DNA of 61,342 bases from an uncultured Bradyrhizobium sp. (GTDB lineage Bacteria; Pseudomonadota; Alphaproteobacteria; Rhizobiales; Xanthobacteraceae), in contig CAYVVB010000490.1 of NCBI GenBank assembly GCA_964454955.1, positions 1 to 61,342 of the forward strand, read 5' to 3'. The notes under the pieces are model-generated. The model was not told the origin of the DNA. It did no database searches and was given only the letters and a program-made list of their open reading frames with translations. This document shows positions 19,851-30,236 of this stretch, in pieces. Within the stretch, counting starts at the first letter, position 1. Every line of letters starts with the position of its first letter. The translations under genes were made by a program, and so were the position numbers.

Positions 19851-20635
19851 GCGGCCTGCGGCGCTGGCACTTTGGAGAACAGACGAAAGAAATTCTCGCT
19901 TGTCTGGCGGGAAATTTCTTCCAGCGATACGCCGCGCACCTCCGCCAGAACCTTTGCGACTTCCACCACGTAAGCGGGCTCGTTGCGCTTGCCACGGAAT
20001 TTGCCTGGCGCGAGATAAGGTGAATCCGTCTCGACCATGATGCGGTCCGCCGGCAACTCGGCTGCAAGCGCGCGCAAACCGTCCGACTTCTTGAAAGTCA
20101 GAATGCCTGTGAATGAGATCGAAAGGCCCAACTCGATCGCCTTCATCGCAAGGTCCCGTCCGCCAGTGTAGCAATGCAGCACCGCGCGAAAAGGTCCGCG
20201 CGCCATCTCTTCTTCGAGAATGCCGCCGCAATCTTCGTCGGCCTCACGCGTGTGGATGACGAGCGGCAGGCCGGTCATACGGGCGGCGGCGATATGGGCG
20301 CGAAAGCCGCGCGCCTGTCCCTCTGGCGAGCCGTGGTCGTAGAAATAGTCGAGCCCCGCCTCCCCCAGCGCCACCACTTTGGGATGCCTGGTCAATTCGG
20401 CCAACTCTTCCGCGGTGATGCCGTCCTCCTCATCGGCGTGATGCGGATGGGTACCCACCGAGCAGTAGACATTGGGAAAGCGCTCGGCGATAGCGATGAG
20501 CCCGGACAACTGTCGCACCCGCGTCGAGATCGTGACCATGCGGCCGACCCCGGCCTCCGCGGCGCGGCCCACGAGAGCATCAAGATCACCGGAAAAGTCC
20601 GGAAAATCCAGATGGCAATGGCTGTCGACGAGCAT
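19847..20635 (-). CDS. tatD: TatD-family nuclease
   Basis: DSHCHLD, GEAGLDY, ETDSPYLAP. Confidence 0.95.
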   Translation of the reverse strand: MLVDSHCHLDFPDFSGDLDALVGRAAEAGVGRMVTISTRVRQLSGLIAIAERFPNVYCSVGTHPHHADEEDGITAEELAELTRHPKVVALGEAGLDYFYDHGSPEGQARGFRAHIAAARMTGLPLVIHTREADEDCGGILEEEMARGPFRAVLHCYTGGRDLAMKAIELGLSISFTGILTFKKSDGLRALAAELPADRIMVETDSPYLAPGKFRGKRNEPAYVVEVAKVLAEVRGVSLEEISRQTSENFFRLFSKVPAPQAA

Positions 20636-20647
20636 GAAGAGGCGCCT

Positions 20648-22582
20648 CTAAGCCGCTGACGGCTCGATATAACGCGGGAAGACGGCCTGCGGTGCCGGCA
20701 GCACGGTGCCTGGCGGGATGCGTTTTGCCCCACCAAGAGCCGCAAAGTCGCGTTCGTTTTCGGGAATACCGAGGCTATCCAGCAATTTGGCGGCGGCAGC
20801 CGGCATCACAGGCTGGGTCAGAATCGCGATCTGCCGGATCACTTCCGCCGTGACATACAGCACCGTCTTCTGCCGCGGCGGATCCGTCTTGGCGAGCGCC
20901 CAGGGCGCCTCGCCGGCGAAATAGCGGTTCGCTTCTGCAACCACGGACCAGACGGTGTTGAGCCATTGATGAATCTGTTGCGTCGCCATGGCGGCTCGCG
21001 CGATGCCGATCATCGCATCGGCTTCCGCAAGGATCGCCTTATCGCTTTCGCTGAACGCGCCGGGCTCGGGCAGCACGCCGGAAAGCTGCTTTGCGATCAT
21101 CGACAGCGAGCGCTGTGCGAGATTGCCAAGATCGTTGGCGAGGTCGGCATTGATACGCGCGACAATGGCTTCATGGTTGTAGTTGCCGTCCTGGCCGAAC
21201 GGCACCTCGCGCAGGAAGAAATAACGAATCTGGTCGACGCCGTATTGGTCGGCGAGGTTGAAGGGGTCGACGACATTGCCGACCGACTTCGACATCTTCT
21301 CGCCCCTGTTGAACAGGAAGCCGTGCGCATAGACCCGCTTCTGCACAGGGATGCCTGCCGACATCAGGAAGGCCGGCCAATAGACAGCGTGGAAGCGGAT
21401 GATGTCCTTGCCAATGATGTGGACGTCTGCCGGCCAATAGCGCCAGTTCGGATCGCCTTCGTCGGGAAAGCCAACGCCGGTGATGTAGTTGGTAAGCGCG
21501 TCGACCCAGACATACATCACGTGCTCGGCGGCATCGGGCACCTTGACGCCCCAATCGAAGGTGGTGCGCGAGATCGAGAGATCGCGCAGGCCGCTTTTCA
21601 CGAAGCTGACCACCTCGTTCTTGCGGGCGTCCGGACCGATGAAGTCCGGCTGCGCCTCATAGAGCGCAAGCAGCATGTCCTGATAGGCGGACAGCCGGAA
21701 GAAATAGCTCTCCTCCTCCACCCACTCGACCGGCGTGCCCTGCGGGCCCCGGCGCACGCCGTCGTCGCCGAGGGTGGTTTCCTCCTCGGCGTAATAGGCC
21801 TCGTCGCGAACCGAGTACCAGCCCGAATAGCTGTCGAGATAGATGTCGCCGTTGGCCGCCATGCGCCGCCATATCTCCTGGCTCGAGCGATGATGCTGCT
21901 CTTCCGTGGTGCGGATGAAGCGGTCGAAGGAGACATTGAGTCGCTCGTCCATCTCCTTGAATCGCGCCGCATTGCGGGTGGCGAGTTGGTGCGGCAGCAG
22001 GCCTTCGTTCTGCGCGGTCTGTATCATCTTCAGCCCGTGCTCGTCGGTGCCGGTCAGGAAAAACACGTTCTTGCCGTCGAGCCGCTGGAAGCGCGCCAGC
22101 GCGTCCGTCGCGATCGCTTCATAGGCATGGCCGATGTGCGGCGTGCCGTTGGGATAGGCGATCGCCGTCGTGATGTAGAAGCGATTGCTGCGCGAGACGG
22201 CGTGCGGCGTCGGGATGGGGGCTGGCCTTGCGGCAGCACCGCGTGGGGGCTTCGCCGCGCGAGACTTGGCCGCACGAGGCTTGGCCGCAGCAGGTATGGT
22301 CGCGCTCATGGCCGGTGGAATCTTGGCGGTCTTTGATTTTGCCGCCGAAGGACGTTTTGCCGGCTTCTTGACGGCTGTCGTTGGGCCCTTCTTGCCGGCT
22401 TTTTTCGCCGCCGATGCCTTCGCCTTGGCGGGTTTCTTGACGCCGCGCTTGGCTTTTTTGGCGGTGCGCGTGGCTTTGGCGCGCTGTTTCGGCGCCGCTG
22501 CCGACTTGCGCGCGCCTTTCTTGCCCGCTTTTTTTGCGGCCTTCTTCTTGGCAATTGTCTTCTTACGCGTCGCCACCGCCAT
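20648..22582 (-). CDS. metG: Methionyl-tRNA synthetase with Lys/Ala-rich N-terminal extension
   Basis: HIGH and KMSKS motifs, [12 protein letters not shown]; AAGGA RBS before ATG 22582. Confidence 0.97.
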   Translation of the reverse strand: MAVATRKKTIAKKKAAKKAGKKGARKSAAAPKQRAKATRTAKKAKRGVKKPAKAKASAAKKAGKKGPTTAVKKPAKRPSAAKSKTAKIPPAMSATIPAAAKPRAAKSRAAKPPRGAAARPAPIPTPHAVSRSNRFYITTAIAYPNGTPHIGHAYEAIATDALARFQRLDGKNVFFLTGTDEHGLKMIQTAQNEGLLPHQLATRNAARFKEMDERLNVSFDRFIRTTEEQHHRSSQEIWRRMAANGDIYLDSYSGWYSVRDEAYYAEEETTLGDDGVRRGPQGTPVEWVEEESYFFRLSAYQDMLLALYEAQPDFIGPDARKNEVVSFVKSGLRDLSISRTTFDWGVKVPDAAEHVMYVWVDALTNYITGVGFPDEGDPNWRYWPADVHIIGKDIIRFHAVYWPAFLMSAGIPVQKRVYAHGFLFNRGEKMSKSVGNVVDPFNLADQYGVDQIRYFFLREVPFGQDGNYNHEAIVARINADLANDLGNLAQRSLSMIAKQLSGVLPEPGAFSESDKAILAEADAMIGIARAAMATQQIHQWLNTVWSVVAEANRYFAGEAPWALAKTDPPRQKTVLYVTAEVIRQIAILTQPVMPAAAAKLLDSLGIPENERDFAALGGAKRIPPGTVLPAPQAVFPRYIEPSAA

Positions 22583-22641
22583 ATCCTTGTTTAGAGCTCG
22601 AACAAAGTGTCGGGATTCAAGCGAGCGGAAGCGAAAATCCC

Positions 22642-23688
22642 CTACCGCGTTGCTTCCGCAAGCATGCCGAACACCGAGAAAACCAGCGGTTTTCGCTCAA
22701 GATTGTAATCCTGGGTGTCGCGCGCGGCGCGGGCGATCTTTTCCCACACCTCCGCCAGCCGTGCAAGGCGGGGCAGGCTCGCATTCGCATCGAGATCGGG
22801 CGCACGCAAGCGCTCCGCTACCCACCGATCGACGCTGTCGACGAAGGCCGCCAGCGCTACCCGGTCACTGGTGCCGAGCGCATCTCCCAGCGCATGCAAC
22901 TCGCGCGGGTCGACCTTGGGCAGGTTGGCGAGCAAGCCTGCCGTGCGTTGCTGAAGCTTGAGGCTGTCGCCACCCAGCAATGTGAGCGCCCGCGCTACGC
23001 TGCCTTCGGAAGCCGCGGCCGCCTCGAGCAGCGCAGGGTCATTGGTCGCGATGCCTGATGCCCGCGCCGCCGCGCTGACGACTTCGGCCTGAGCCAGGGG
23101 CCGCAGCGAGAGTTTCCGGCAGCGCGACTGGATCGTGGCAAGTACCCTTCGCGGGGCGTGGCTGATCAGCAGGAAGAGGGATTGCTGGGGCGGCTCTTCA
23201 AGGATCTTGAGCAAGGCATTGGCTGCATTGGGGTTGAGCTCGTCGACGGTATCGACGACGCAGACCCGCCAGCCCTCCACCGCCGCGGTCGAACCGAAAA
23301 AGGCAATCGTCTCGCGCGTTTCATCCACGGTGATGACCGTGCGCATCACGCCCTTGTCGTTGAGTGTCCGCTCGAGCGTCAGCAGGCCGCCATGCGCGCC
23401 GGCGGCGATCTGGCGTGCCACGTGACCGCTGGGGTCGACCCAGAGCGTTTCGGCACGCTGGACCTCGGAGGCCAGCGGGTTCGCGTGGGCGAGCACGAAG
23501 CGCGCCATACGATAGGCCAGCGTTGCCTTGCCTATGCCCTGCGCGCCCCCGATCAGCCAGGCATGCGGAATGCGCCCGCTGCGATAGGCGGACAGCAGAG
23601 CCGCTTCCGCCCCGCGATGCCCGAACAACATGGAGGTTTCGCGCGGATGCGCGACCGTGATCTCGGATTCGGCCTGGCGGGGGCTCAT
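22642..23688 (-). CDS. holB: DNA polymerase III delta' subunit
   Basis: [35 protein letters not shown]; synteny. Confidence 0.95.
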   Translation of the reverse strand: MSPRQAESEITVAHPRETSMLFGHRGAEAALLSAYRSGRIPHAWLIGGAQGIGKATLAYRMARFVLAHANPLASEVQRAETLWVDPSGHVARQIAAGAHGGLLTLERTLNDKGVMRTVITVDETRETIAFFGSTAAVEGWRVCVVDTVDELNPNAANALLKILEEPPQQSLFLLISHAPRRVLATIQSRCRKLSLRPLAQAEVVSAAARASGIATNDPALLEAAAASEGSVARALTLLGGDSLKLQQRTAGLLANLPKVDPRELHALGDALGTSDRVALAAFVDSVDRWVAERLRAPDLDANASLPRLARLAEVWEKIARAARDTQDYNLERKPLVFSVFGMLAEATR

Positions 23689-24377
23689 GCGGGGCTCGCC
23701 ACGTTGCTGGCGGGATTGGCCAAAAAGCGCTCGCGCAAGGCGTTCCAGATCTGGGTGGCGACCGCGTTCACGTCGCCATTGGCGTCGATCAGCACACAGC
23801 GTTGCGGGTCGCTTGCCGCGATTTCGTGAAAGGCCTCGCGCAGGGTCTGGTGAAATTTGACGTCTTCCGATTCGAAGCGATCCGGTGCGCCACTACCCCG
23901 GCGGGCAGCCGCGCGTTTCAAGCCCACCTCGACGGGGACATCGAGGATGAAGGTCAGGTCTGGCTTGAGATCGCCGATGGTCACCCGCTGCAGGGCGTCC
24001 AGCAGTGCCGGAGCAACATGACCGACCCGCCCTTGGTAGGCACGGGTCGAGTCGAAGAAGCGATCGCACAGCACCCAGGTGCCTTGGCTCAGGGCAGGCA
24101 GGATCACCGTGCGCACGTGGTCGTCGCGTGCTGCCGCAAACAATAGCGTCTCTGCTTCGGGACCGAGCAACTTGCCCATGCCGGACAGAACCAGGTGTCG
24201 AATGATTTCGGCGCCTGGTGAGCCGCCCGGTTCCCGTGTGACGATCGCACGCACCTTCATGGCGTCAAGACGCTCTGCCAAGCGCTTGATATGCGTTGAT
24301 TTTCCCGATCCCTCGCCACCCTCGAATGTGATGAAGCGCCCACGCCCGGGGGGCCGCCTGATCGTCTGCTCGGCCAT
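23685..24377 (-). CDS. tmk: Thymidylate kinase
   Basis: FITFEGGEGSGKST, TREPGG, CDRF. Confidence 0.96.
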   Translation of the reverse strand: MAEQTIRRPPGRGRFITFEGGEGSGKSTHIKRLAERLDAMKVRAIVTREPGGSPGAEIIRHLVLSGMGKLLGPEAETLLFAAARDDHVRTVILPALSQGTWVLCDRFFDSTRAYQGRVGHVAPALLDALQRVTIGDLKPDLTFILDVPVEVGLKRAAARRGSGAPDRFESEDVKFHQTLREAFHEIAASDPQRCVLIDANGDVNAVATQIWNALRERFLANPASNVASPA

Positions 24378-24379
24378 GA

Positions 24380-25639
24380 TCAGAGCTTCTCGATGCCGGC
24401 GCGAAACATGCCGATCACAAGCTCGCTCGCACCATCGATGGCGCGCCGCATGGTCGACCCGGTGCCGACGGCTTCCGCCGCATAGATCGGCGCCTCGACC
24501 GCAACATTGGCGCCGCGCCAAACCTTTACCACCCCGATCTTTTGCCCGGCCTGGATCGGCGCACGCACCGGGCCGGTATAGACCACCCGGGCAATCAGTT
24601 TCTCATTGCTGTTCTTCTGCACCATCACCTTGATCGGCTCCGGGCTGGTCAACTCGACCGAACGGCTTTCTCCGCCGAACAACCGCGCGTAGCCCAGCGG
24701 CTGTTGGGCCGCGAACAGGGTTCGCCACTCGAAATTGCGGAATCCCCATTCCAGCATCTTCTTGGCTTCGCTGGCGCGGTCTTCCGAATCTTCCAGGCCG
24801 TTGACGACCACGATCAGACGAATGCCGTTCTGCACGGCCGAGCCGACCATGCCGTAACCGCCCTCCTTGGTGTAGCCGGTCTTCAACCCGTCGGCGCCTT
24901 CCAGCGAATTGAGCAGCGGATTACGGTTCTGCTGCCTGATCTTGTTCCAGGTGAACTCTTTTTCGCCGAACAGTTTGTAGAATTCGGGATAATCTACGAT
25001 GATGTGACGGGCGAGCATCGCAAGCTCGCGCACGGTCATCTTGTTGCCAGGATCGGGCAGCCCGTTGGAATTGGCGAAGGTCGACTTGGTGAGACCGATT
25101 TCGCGGGCCCGCTTGGTCATGAAATCGCTGGCGAAGGCGCGCTCATTGCCGGCCATTCCCTCGGCGAGCGCGATGCAGGCGTCGTTACCGCTCTGGATGA
25201 TCGCTCCATGGAGCAGGTCGTCGACCGATACCTTGCTGTGAATGGCGGCGAACATAGTGGAACTGCCGGAGGGCGCCCCACCATGGCGCCAGGCGTATTC
25301 ACTGATCGGATACTCATCGGTCAGCTTGACCTGACCCTGCTCGATGGCATGGAAGACCACCTCCGCCGTCATCAGCTTCATCATGCTCGAGGGCGCGCGC
25401 AATTCATCCGCGTTTTTCTCGAACAGGACGCTGCCGGTCGACGCTTCGATCAGGATCGCGGTCGGCGCATCACCTTCGAAACCGCCCTCTTCCTTCTTGG
25501 CGCCCTGCACGCTCTGATTGGCGGCGAAGAGCGCGCCGCCCCACGCGACCGACGCAGCAACCGTTGTCGCGATCAGGGCGCGCAAGAGCCGTCCGGTCGT
25601 AACCTGTGGCAGGCGCAACGGTAACATCGTGGGCGACAT
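24380..25639 (-). CDS. dacA: D-Ala-D-Ala carboxypeptidase (PBP5/6 family)
   Basis: SMMK, SGN and KTG motifs; start uncertain (25639 or 25627). Confidence 0.9.
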   Translation of the reverse strand: MSPTMLPLRLPQVTTGRLLRALIATTVAASVAWGGALFAANQSVQGAKKEEGGFEGDAPTAILIEASTGSVLFEKNADELRAPSSMMKLMTAEVVFHAIEQGQVKLTDEYPISEYAWRHGGAPSGSSTMFAAIHSKVSVDDLLHGAIIQSGNDACIALAEGMAGNERAFASDFMTKRAREIGLTKSTFANSNGLPDPGNKMTVRELAMLARHIIVDYPEFYKLFGEKEFTWNKIRQQNRNPLLNSLEGADGLKTGYTKEGGYGMVGSAVQNGIRLIVVVNGLEDSEDRASEAKKMLEWGFRNFEWRTLFAAQQPLGYARLFGGESRSVELTSPEPIKVMVQKNSNEKLIARVVYTGPVRAPIQAGQKIGVVKVWRGANVAVEAPIYAAEAVGTGSTMRRAIDGASELVIGMFRAGIEKL

Positions 25640-25830
25640 CCGCGAGATGGTGGAGCTTGATCCCCTTGGAAAGCCGGCGCCCCAGCCTCTCCAGATCATG
25701 TTCCAAGCTTGCGTTCTAACAGTTGGAAGTAGCGCAAACAACACGGCTTTTAGGCCGCTACCGGCGATTGCCGGCGATGTCGAAGGACCTATGTGCACAT
25801 CGCAGAACTTGCAAACAAGGCGGGCACGCG

Positions 25831-26220
25831 ATCCCCTCCTCACGCATTCTTTCCGTCAACGGCATTGAGCTTTTCCTGCACGAGAAGGGAGAAGGACCGT
25901 TTGTGCTGCTCTGCCACGGCTGGCCGGATTTGTCCTATTCCTGGCGCTACCAGATTCCTGCGCTGGCGCAGGCTGGCTTTCACGTGGTCGCGCCGGACAT
26001 GCGCGGTTTCGTGAAGAGCGGCGCGCCCGCGGACATTGCCGCTATCTTCGACACCGTTGGCGACATGGTCGCTCTGGTCGCGGCGTTCGGCGAGAGCAAG
26101 GCTGCGATCATCGGCCATGATTGGAACGCGCCGGTCGCCTGGCAGGCAGCACTCTTTCGTCCCGATCCCCAGGAGGTCAACCACGCCTTGATCGGTTTCC
26201 TGAAAGAGAATGTGGCCTAA
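25831..26220 (+). pseudogene. Internally deleted epoxide-hydrolase-type alpha/beta hydrolase
   Basis: LCHGWP...APDMRG...GHDWN...FRPD joins directly to the C-terminal helix PQEVNHALIGFL; ATC at the expected start position. Confidence 0.8.
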
Positions 26221-27152
26221 TAGAGCCCTCGCCCGGCGAGCAATTCGGCCGGCCCGTGCGGGTCGACTGGCGCATAGGCCGAGACGGGGCTTGCGGAGGA
26301 GGCATAACGCGTGTCTTCCTCATAGGAGACGGCGCGCGGGTTTTCGAGCGCGTGGCCGCTCGAACGGGCGCGGCTCGCGGCCGACATTTCCGATGTCGCA
26401 TTGATTGAGGCGTAATCCGCCGACGTGTTGCCGAGGCTGTAGGGTCGATCCTGCGGCAGCGGAACGTCCCCGTGCATCGCGCGGCCATAGGACGCTTCGG
26501 GAACGAACGGCCGGGCGGATGCCAGGCGTACCAGTGACGGTGCCGGCGCGGGCACTCCGGTGCGCAACGTCGCCTCCAACACCCGGTCGTCGGAGCCCTC
26601 CAGCGGAGCGCGGCCGACATATTCGACACGTACCCGTGCCAAGCCGTTGCCCTTGAAGCCCAGCAGGTCGGCCGCCTTGTGGGAGAGATCGATAAGCCGG
26701 TTGGCCGCATACGGTCCGCGGTCATTGACGCGAACGATCAGCGACTTCCCGTTATGCAGATTGGTCACCCGCGCGTAGCACGGCATCGGCAAGGTCGGGT
26801 GCGCAGCGCTCAGCCCGTCCATATCGAAGACTTCGCCATTGGCCGTCAGCCGGCCGTGGAAATCATCGCCATACCAGGAGGCCAACCCCTCCTCGCGGTA
26901 GTTGACGTCCTCCTGGGGCACATAGATCCGCCCCGCGACCATGTAGGGCTTGCCGACGCGGTAGGTGCCGCCGCCTTTTGGAACCGGCTCGCCAAAGTCG
27001 ACCACCCGCGGGCTCGACGAGACGCCGTATCTGGGATCAACGCGGCTTGCGAATTTGTTCGAAGACGCACAGTTGGCGAGCGCCAAGCATGCAATAGCGG
27101 CGACTGCGGAGCGCGCCGCCCCCACTACGGAAACTGTCCGTCGAAACCCCAT
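26217..27152 (-). CDS. rlpA: RlpA-family lytic transglycosylase lipoprotein
   Basis: Lipobox LANC; GLASWYG, TANGE, AAHPTLP, VRVNDRGP, IDLS. Confidence 0.93.
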   Translation of the reverse strand: MGFRRTVSVVGAARSAVAAIACLALANCASSNKFASRVDPRYGVSSSPRVVDFGEPVPKGGGTYRVGKPYMVAGRIYVPQEDVNYREEGLASWYGDDFHGRLTANGEVFDMDGLSAAHPTLPMPCYARVTNLHNGKSLIVRVNDRGPYAANRLIDLSHKAADLLGFKGNGLARVRVEYVGRAPLEGSDDRVLEATLRTGVPAPAPSLVRLASARPFVPEASYGRAMHGDVPLPQDRPYSLGNTSADYASINATSEMSAASRARSSGHALENPRAVSYEEDTRYASSASPVSAYAPVDPHGPAELLAGRGLY

Positions 27153-27497
27153 TCGCCCCAAATACCGTTTTGCCGGCGGCCCGCCCTTCACTGGGTGCGA
27201 CCGGTACGCTTCCGCGTCAGTGCGACAACCCCCTCGCACCGCGGATAGACGATACCGCAACCGGAACACGGCGGAAATGGGGAGACGTTTGGGATGGTAA
27301 ATCAAGTGGTGAACGAATGGTTGCGCGTGGCCGCATTGGTTTGCGGGGCAGGACTGCTCCCGTTTTGAGACATCTGTTGCGGGAAAGTCCCACCTTGCCG
27401 GGAATGTGCGCCACTCTCCAGGAATCACTAGGAATCCTTTTGACTGTGCAGGGTTGCGCTGTGTTTTCTCAGGCGCGGGGTGGGAAGGAAGTTTGAA

Positions 27498-27584
27498 ATG
27501 TTCGAAATGGTTACGGCGGTTATGGGCCTGCTTGGAGCAGGAATTTTCTTGGCCCATGCGTTTGAGAGTGCTCGCTGGGCCTGA
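27498..27584 (+). CDS. Small membrane protein (28 aa) MFEMVTAVMGLLGAGIFLAHAFESARWA
   Basis: GGAAGGAAG RBS; single hydrophobic helix. Confidence 0.6.
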   Translation: MFEMVTAVMGLLGAGIFLAHAFESARWA

Positions 27585-27684
27585 TGGTCCAGGAAATACC
27601 CTAAGACAAGTGAGCCACCTGCAAGTGAGGCTCGTTTGGAAAACTTTAGTGAATTCCAGCGAGCATCGATTCGGAGGTTGCATC

Positions 27685-27783
27685 ATGCGCAATCATGACC
27701 TTGTCTCCGACAGCTTCCTGGCGTTGACGGCGGCTGGCCTCGCGCTTTTGTGCTCGAGCTTGCTCGCTTTCGCCTTCACTTAA
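27685..27783 (+). CDS. Small membrane protein (32 aa) MRNHDLVSDSFLALTAAGLALLCSSLLAFAFT
   Basis: GGAGG 7 nt before ATG; TM helix. Confidence 0.6.
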   Translation: MRNHDLVSDSFLALTAAGLALLCSSLLAFAFT

Positions 27784-28119
27784 GGTCGTCTCCGACACGA
27801 CTGCCGCAACTTGCTTCTGGCGTGTCGACAGCTACTGAGCACTGGCGCTGCTCAAGCCGCGGTCGGAGGCGTCCCTGCCCTCCAGCCGTTTACCCGCAGC
27901 GCAGTGGTCGCTGCAAAATACGTCCGCAATGCTGACGCAACTGATTGTCCAGCCTCGATTTTTCTCGATTCCACTCGCAGCGTCGTGAACTGATTTCACG
28001 CGGGCCGTTGCGACGAAATTTTGTCCCGACGGACGAAATCATTTTTCGAAGTCCGTGAAGACAGCCCGAAACCGGACGGGGCCAACATCCCCTGGATTGA
28101 TCAACCATGGAGTTCGGTC

Positions 28120-28209
28120 ATGTGGACGGTGCTCAGCCTGATCTATCGCTACTACTGCCGTGCCCACCTGGTGGAGATACGCAAGCGGTCTTTCGCGGGC
28201 ATCGGCTGA
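28120..28209 (+). CDS. Small protein (29 aa) MWTVLSLIYRYYCRAHLVEIRKRSFAGIG
   Basis: GGAG 7 nt before ATG. Confidence 0.5.
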   Translation: MWTVLSLIYRYYCRAHLVEIRKRSFAGIG

Positions 28210-28249
28210 CGTCTGCCAAGCCCCGCCCGCCTAACGAGGACTCAGGCTC

Positions 28250-28495
28250 ATGCGCAAGCTCATCCTGGTTGCCGCCGTCGCCTTGATCTCCACGGCCGCC
28301 CGTGCCGGCGACTCCCGCGGCTTAAGCCTCGCGTCTCCCACTGCCGCGCCGTCTGCTGCGGAACAGTCCCAGAACCAGACCAAGGCGCCGCCTGCGGAAG
28401 ACAAGTCCCTCGACGCCGCAAAGCCGAGACGGAAGCATCTCACAGCTGAAGCCCGCATCATCCGGGAGCTGCATCGCCATGGCATTTATTGGTGA
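28250..28495 (+). CDS. Small secreted protein (81 aa)
   Basis: GAGGA RBS; signal peptide ending ARA-G; C-terminus RIIRELHRHGIYW. Confidence 0.8.
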   Translation: MRKLILVAAVALISTAARAGDSRGLSLASPTAAPSAAEQSQNQTKAPPAEDKSLDAAKPRRKHLTAEARIIRELHRHGIYW

Positions 28496-28587
28496 GTCGC
28501 CTCGGACGACTGCGGCACGAGAATTGAAGGAGTAAACACCATTAGAGGCAGAGGATTGAAGATTATAAAGCCAAAAGGGATTGCCCC

Positions 28588-28716
28588 ATGCTTGCTGAGA
28601 AATTCATATTGTTGCTCGAAACCCTCAAGAGTCACGCCAACCCCGACGGAAGCCCACGCGTCGTGAGCACCTCACCGCACGTGCCGGCCAAACTTGCGGA
28701 AGGCAGGCAGGCCTGA
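28588..28716 (+). CDS. Small protein (42 aa) MLAEKFILLLETLKSHANPDGSPRVVSTSPHVPAKLAEGRQA
   Basis: AAGGGA RBS; clean ORF. Confidence 0.55.
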   Translation: MLAEKFILLLETLKSHANPDGSPRVVSTSPHVPAKLAEGRQA

Positions 28717-28807
28717 GTTTCCACCGGCCGCGCAGACGGATTCACCAAGGCGCGGTCGGCGCACCGTTTGGGGCAGATTGAGCGCCTTGCCGCGGCAGGC
28801 GACAATT

Positions 28808-29725
28808 TCAGTAGCTTAATGCCGCCGATTCACGATGATCGAGGGCTGGCGTGCGGCGCGATCCGAACCGCGGCAGCACGGTCCGCTCGAATCGATCTCG
28901 CGCCGCCGCGTAAAGAGCCATGTCCACCGCATTCAGTTGACGAATGAGCTCGATTTCGTCGGATGAGGCGGCCGGCGCCTTGGCTCTCGCGCGAGTGACA
29001 TTGAGCTTCTTGGGGGCCAGAGTGGAGCCCAGCTTTTCGGAAAGAGCGGCCATGCTCTCGGGGAAATATTCGACGATTCCGACAAAATCGAACGTCGCCA
29101 GGTTCCGTTCTGCTTCGCTCTGCAGATCCAGGATGGCAGCCTGGTACTCGGGCCTGATGTCGTAAGCGAGCGTCTTGGCCTGGAAATTCTCGGTGACCAT
29201 TCGCACGCCTGGATCGTCGCAAAGCAGGAACTCCTGAAGCGTCAGGACCTTGGCGGCTTCGATCGCCCTCCTGCTGTACTCTTCGACTGGCGAATCCGTT
29301 CTCAGGAAATGATAGGTGGAAATGACGCGCTCGATGGGGTCTCTCAGGAAGCTGAACAGAAAGCGGTCCGTCCTCAGCTTGGCGACGTGCTGATACATGA
29401 AATGACCGATCACGAGATCGTTGATCGCCAATTCAGCTGCCGAGGCCCTGTCGAAGTTGGGGAGCGATTCGTGGAAAATCGCCGCATCGTGCAAAGACTC
29501 AAACAAAGCGTGCTGGAGCGAGGTCCCAGCAGTCTTGCCAATGTGGAGGAAGCAAAGCTGACGCCCACGAAGGCCGGGCGGCACAGATGTTCGGCCGACT
29601 CTGAGCCTTTCAAGGCTCCGCAGAACCCGATCGCGCTCGTTCCGCACCTCGGTTAGTTGAGCGTGACAATCCTTGAAGGCGCGCCGGTAACCCTTGCGCA
29701 GCATCATCCATGTCGCGAGTCTCAT
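28808..29725 (-). CDS. Sulfotransferase family 2 protein
   Basis: FLHIGKTAGTSL and FLRDPIERVISTY PAPS-binding motifs; start uncertain. Confidence 0.85.
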   Translation of the reverse strand: MRLATWMMLRKGYRRAFKDCHAQLTEVRNERDRVLRSLERLRVGRTSVPPGLRGRQLCFLHIGKTAGTSLQHALFESLHDAAIFHESLPNFDRASAAELAINDLVIGHFMYQHVAKLRTDRFLFSFLRDPIERVISTYHFLRTDSPVEEYSRRAIEAAKVLTLQEFLLCDDPGVRMVTENFQAKTLAYDIRPEYQAAILDLQSEAERNLATFDFVGIVEYFPESMAALSEKLGSTLAPKKLNVTRARAKAPAASSDEIELIRQLNAVDMALYAAARDRFERTVLPRFGSRRTPALDHRESAALSY

Positions 29726-30000
29726 TGTTCTTGCTTCTCGTACTTCTTTTTGCTGTGAGACAGGCGAGACGATTGCAGCCACTCTCGTTTCGATTGATAG
29801 GCCAGCAGTGCCGTTCTCATTCAAATGAACACTTAGTAATGAAAGTCAGGATCAAGAGCAGAAATGCTTTTTTGTGACGTCCGACAGCCCGGTCGTCAAG
29901 GCAAACTTCAGACAAGAGGCGACGCCTCGGAATGGCTCTCTGCAATGGTCGAGTGCTTCTTGCCCCGGCCCAACACGGCTTGAGAGCCGGCACCGGCCGG

Positions 30001-30030
30001 TTGACGGCGCGGTCCGGACCGCCCTAAACA
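30001..30030 (+). promoter_or_regulatory. Sigma70-type promoter of tRNA-Ser
   Basis: TTGACG at 30001 and CCTAAAC about 17 nt downstream. Confidence 0.5.
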
Positions 30031-30058
30031 GCGGATAATTGGCTGGAGCCGATGCTCT

Positions 30059-30148
30059 GGAAGGGTGGCCGAGTGGTTTAAGGCACCGGTCTTGAAAACC
30101 GGCGTGCCTGCAAGGGTACCGTGGGTTCGAATCCCACCCCTTCCGCCA
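30059..30148 (+). tRNA. tRNA-Ser(TGA)
   Basis: GGAAGGG acceptor stem, anticodon arm CCGGT-CTTGAAA-ACCGG, long variable arm, GGTTCGAATCC, encoded CCA; 90 nt. Confidence 0.98.
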
Positions 30149-30236
30149 GAGCCATTGAAATCATTTAGTAATTTCGCATTTTGCTTGAAAAGAGATGAGC
30201 GCCAGACCGAGGTCCGGTCGGTACGGTCGTCACCGC

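Noticed and set aside
19851-20231. N-terminal extension of the MBL hydrolase in the ORF track
   Set aside because: Overlaps tatD; the ATGA-coupled start at 19850 fits the family N-terminus.
20966-22336. 456-aa plus-strand ORF, and similar long ORFs opposite iacC, dctQM, dac, nadE and the sugar ABC genes
   Set aside because: Typical high-GC antisense open frames with no recognisable motifs.
27153-27692. 180-aa upstream extension of rlpA
   Set aside because: Signal peptide and lipobox begin at 27152; the extension overlaps plus-strand small ORFs.
28523-28561. ATTGAAG repeated upstream of the 42-aa ORF
   Set aside because: Two 7-mers 32 bp apart in AT-rich DNA could arise by chance.
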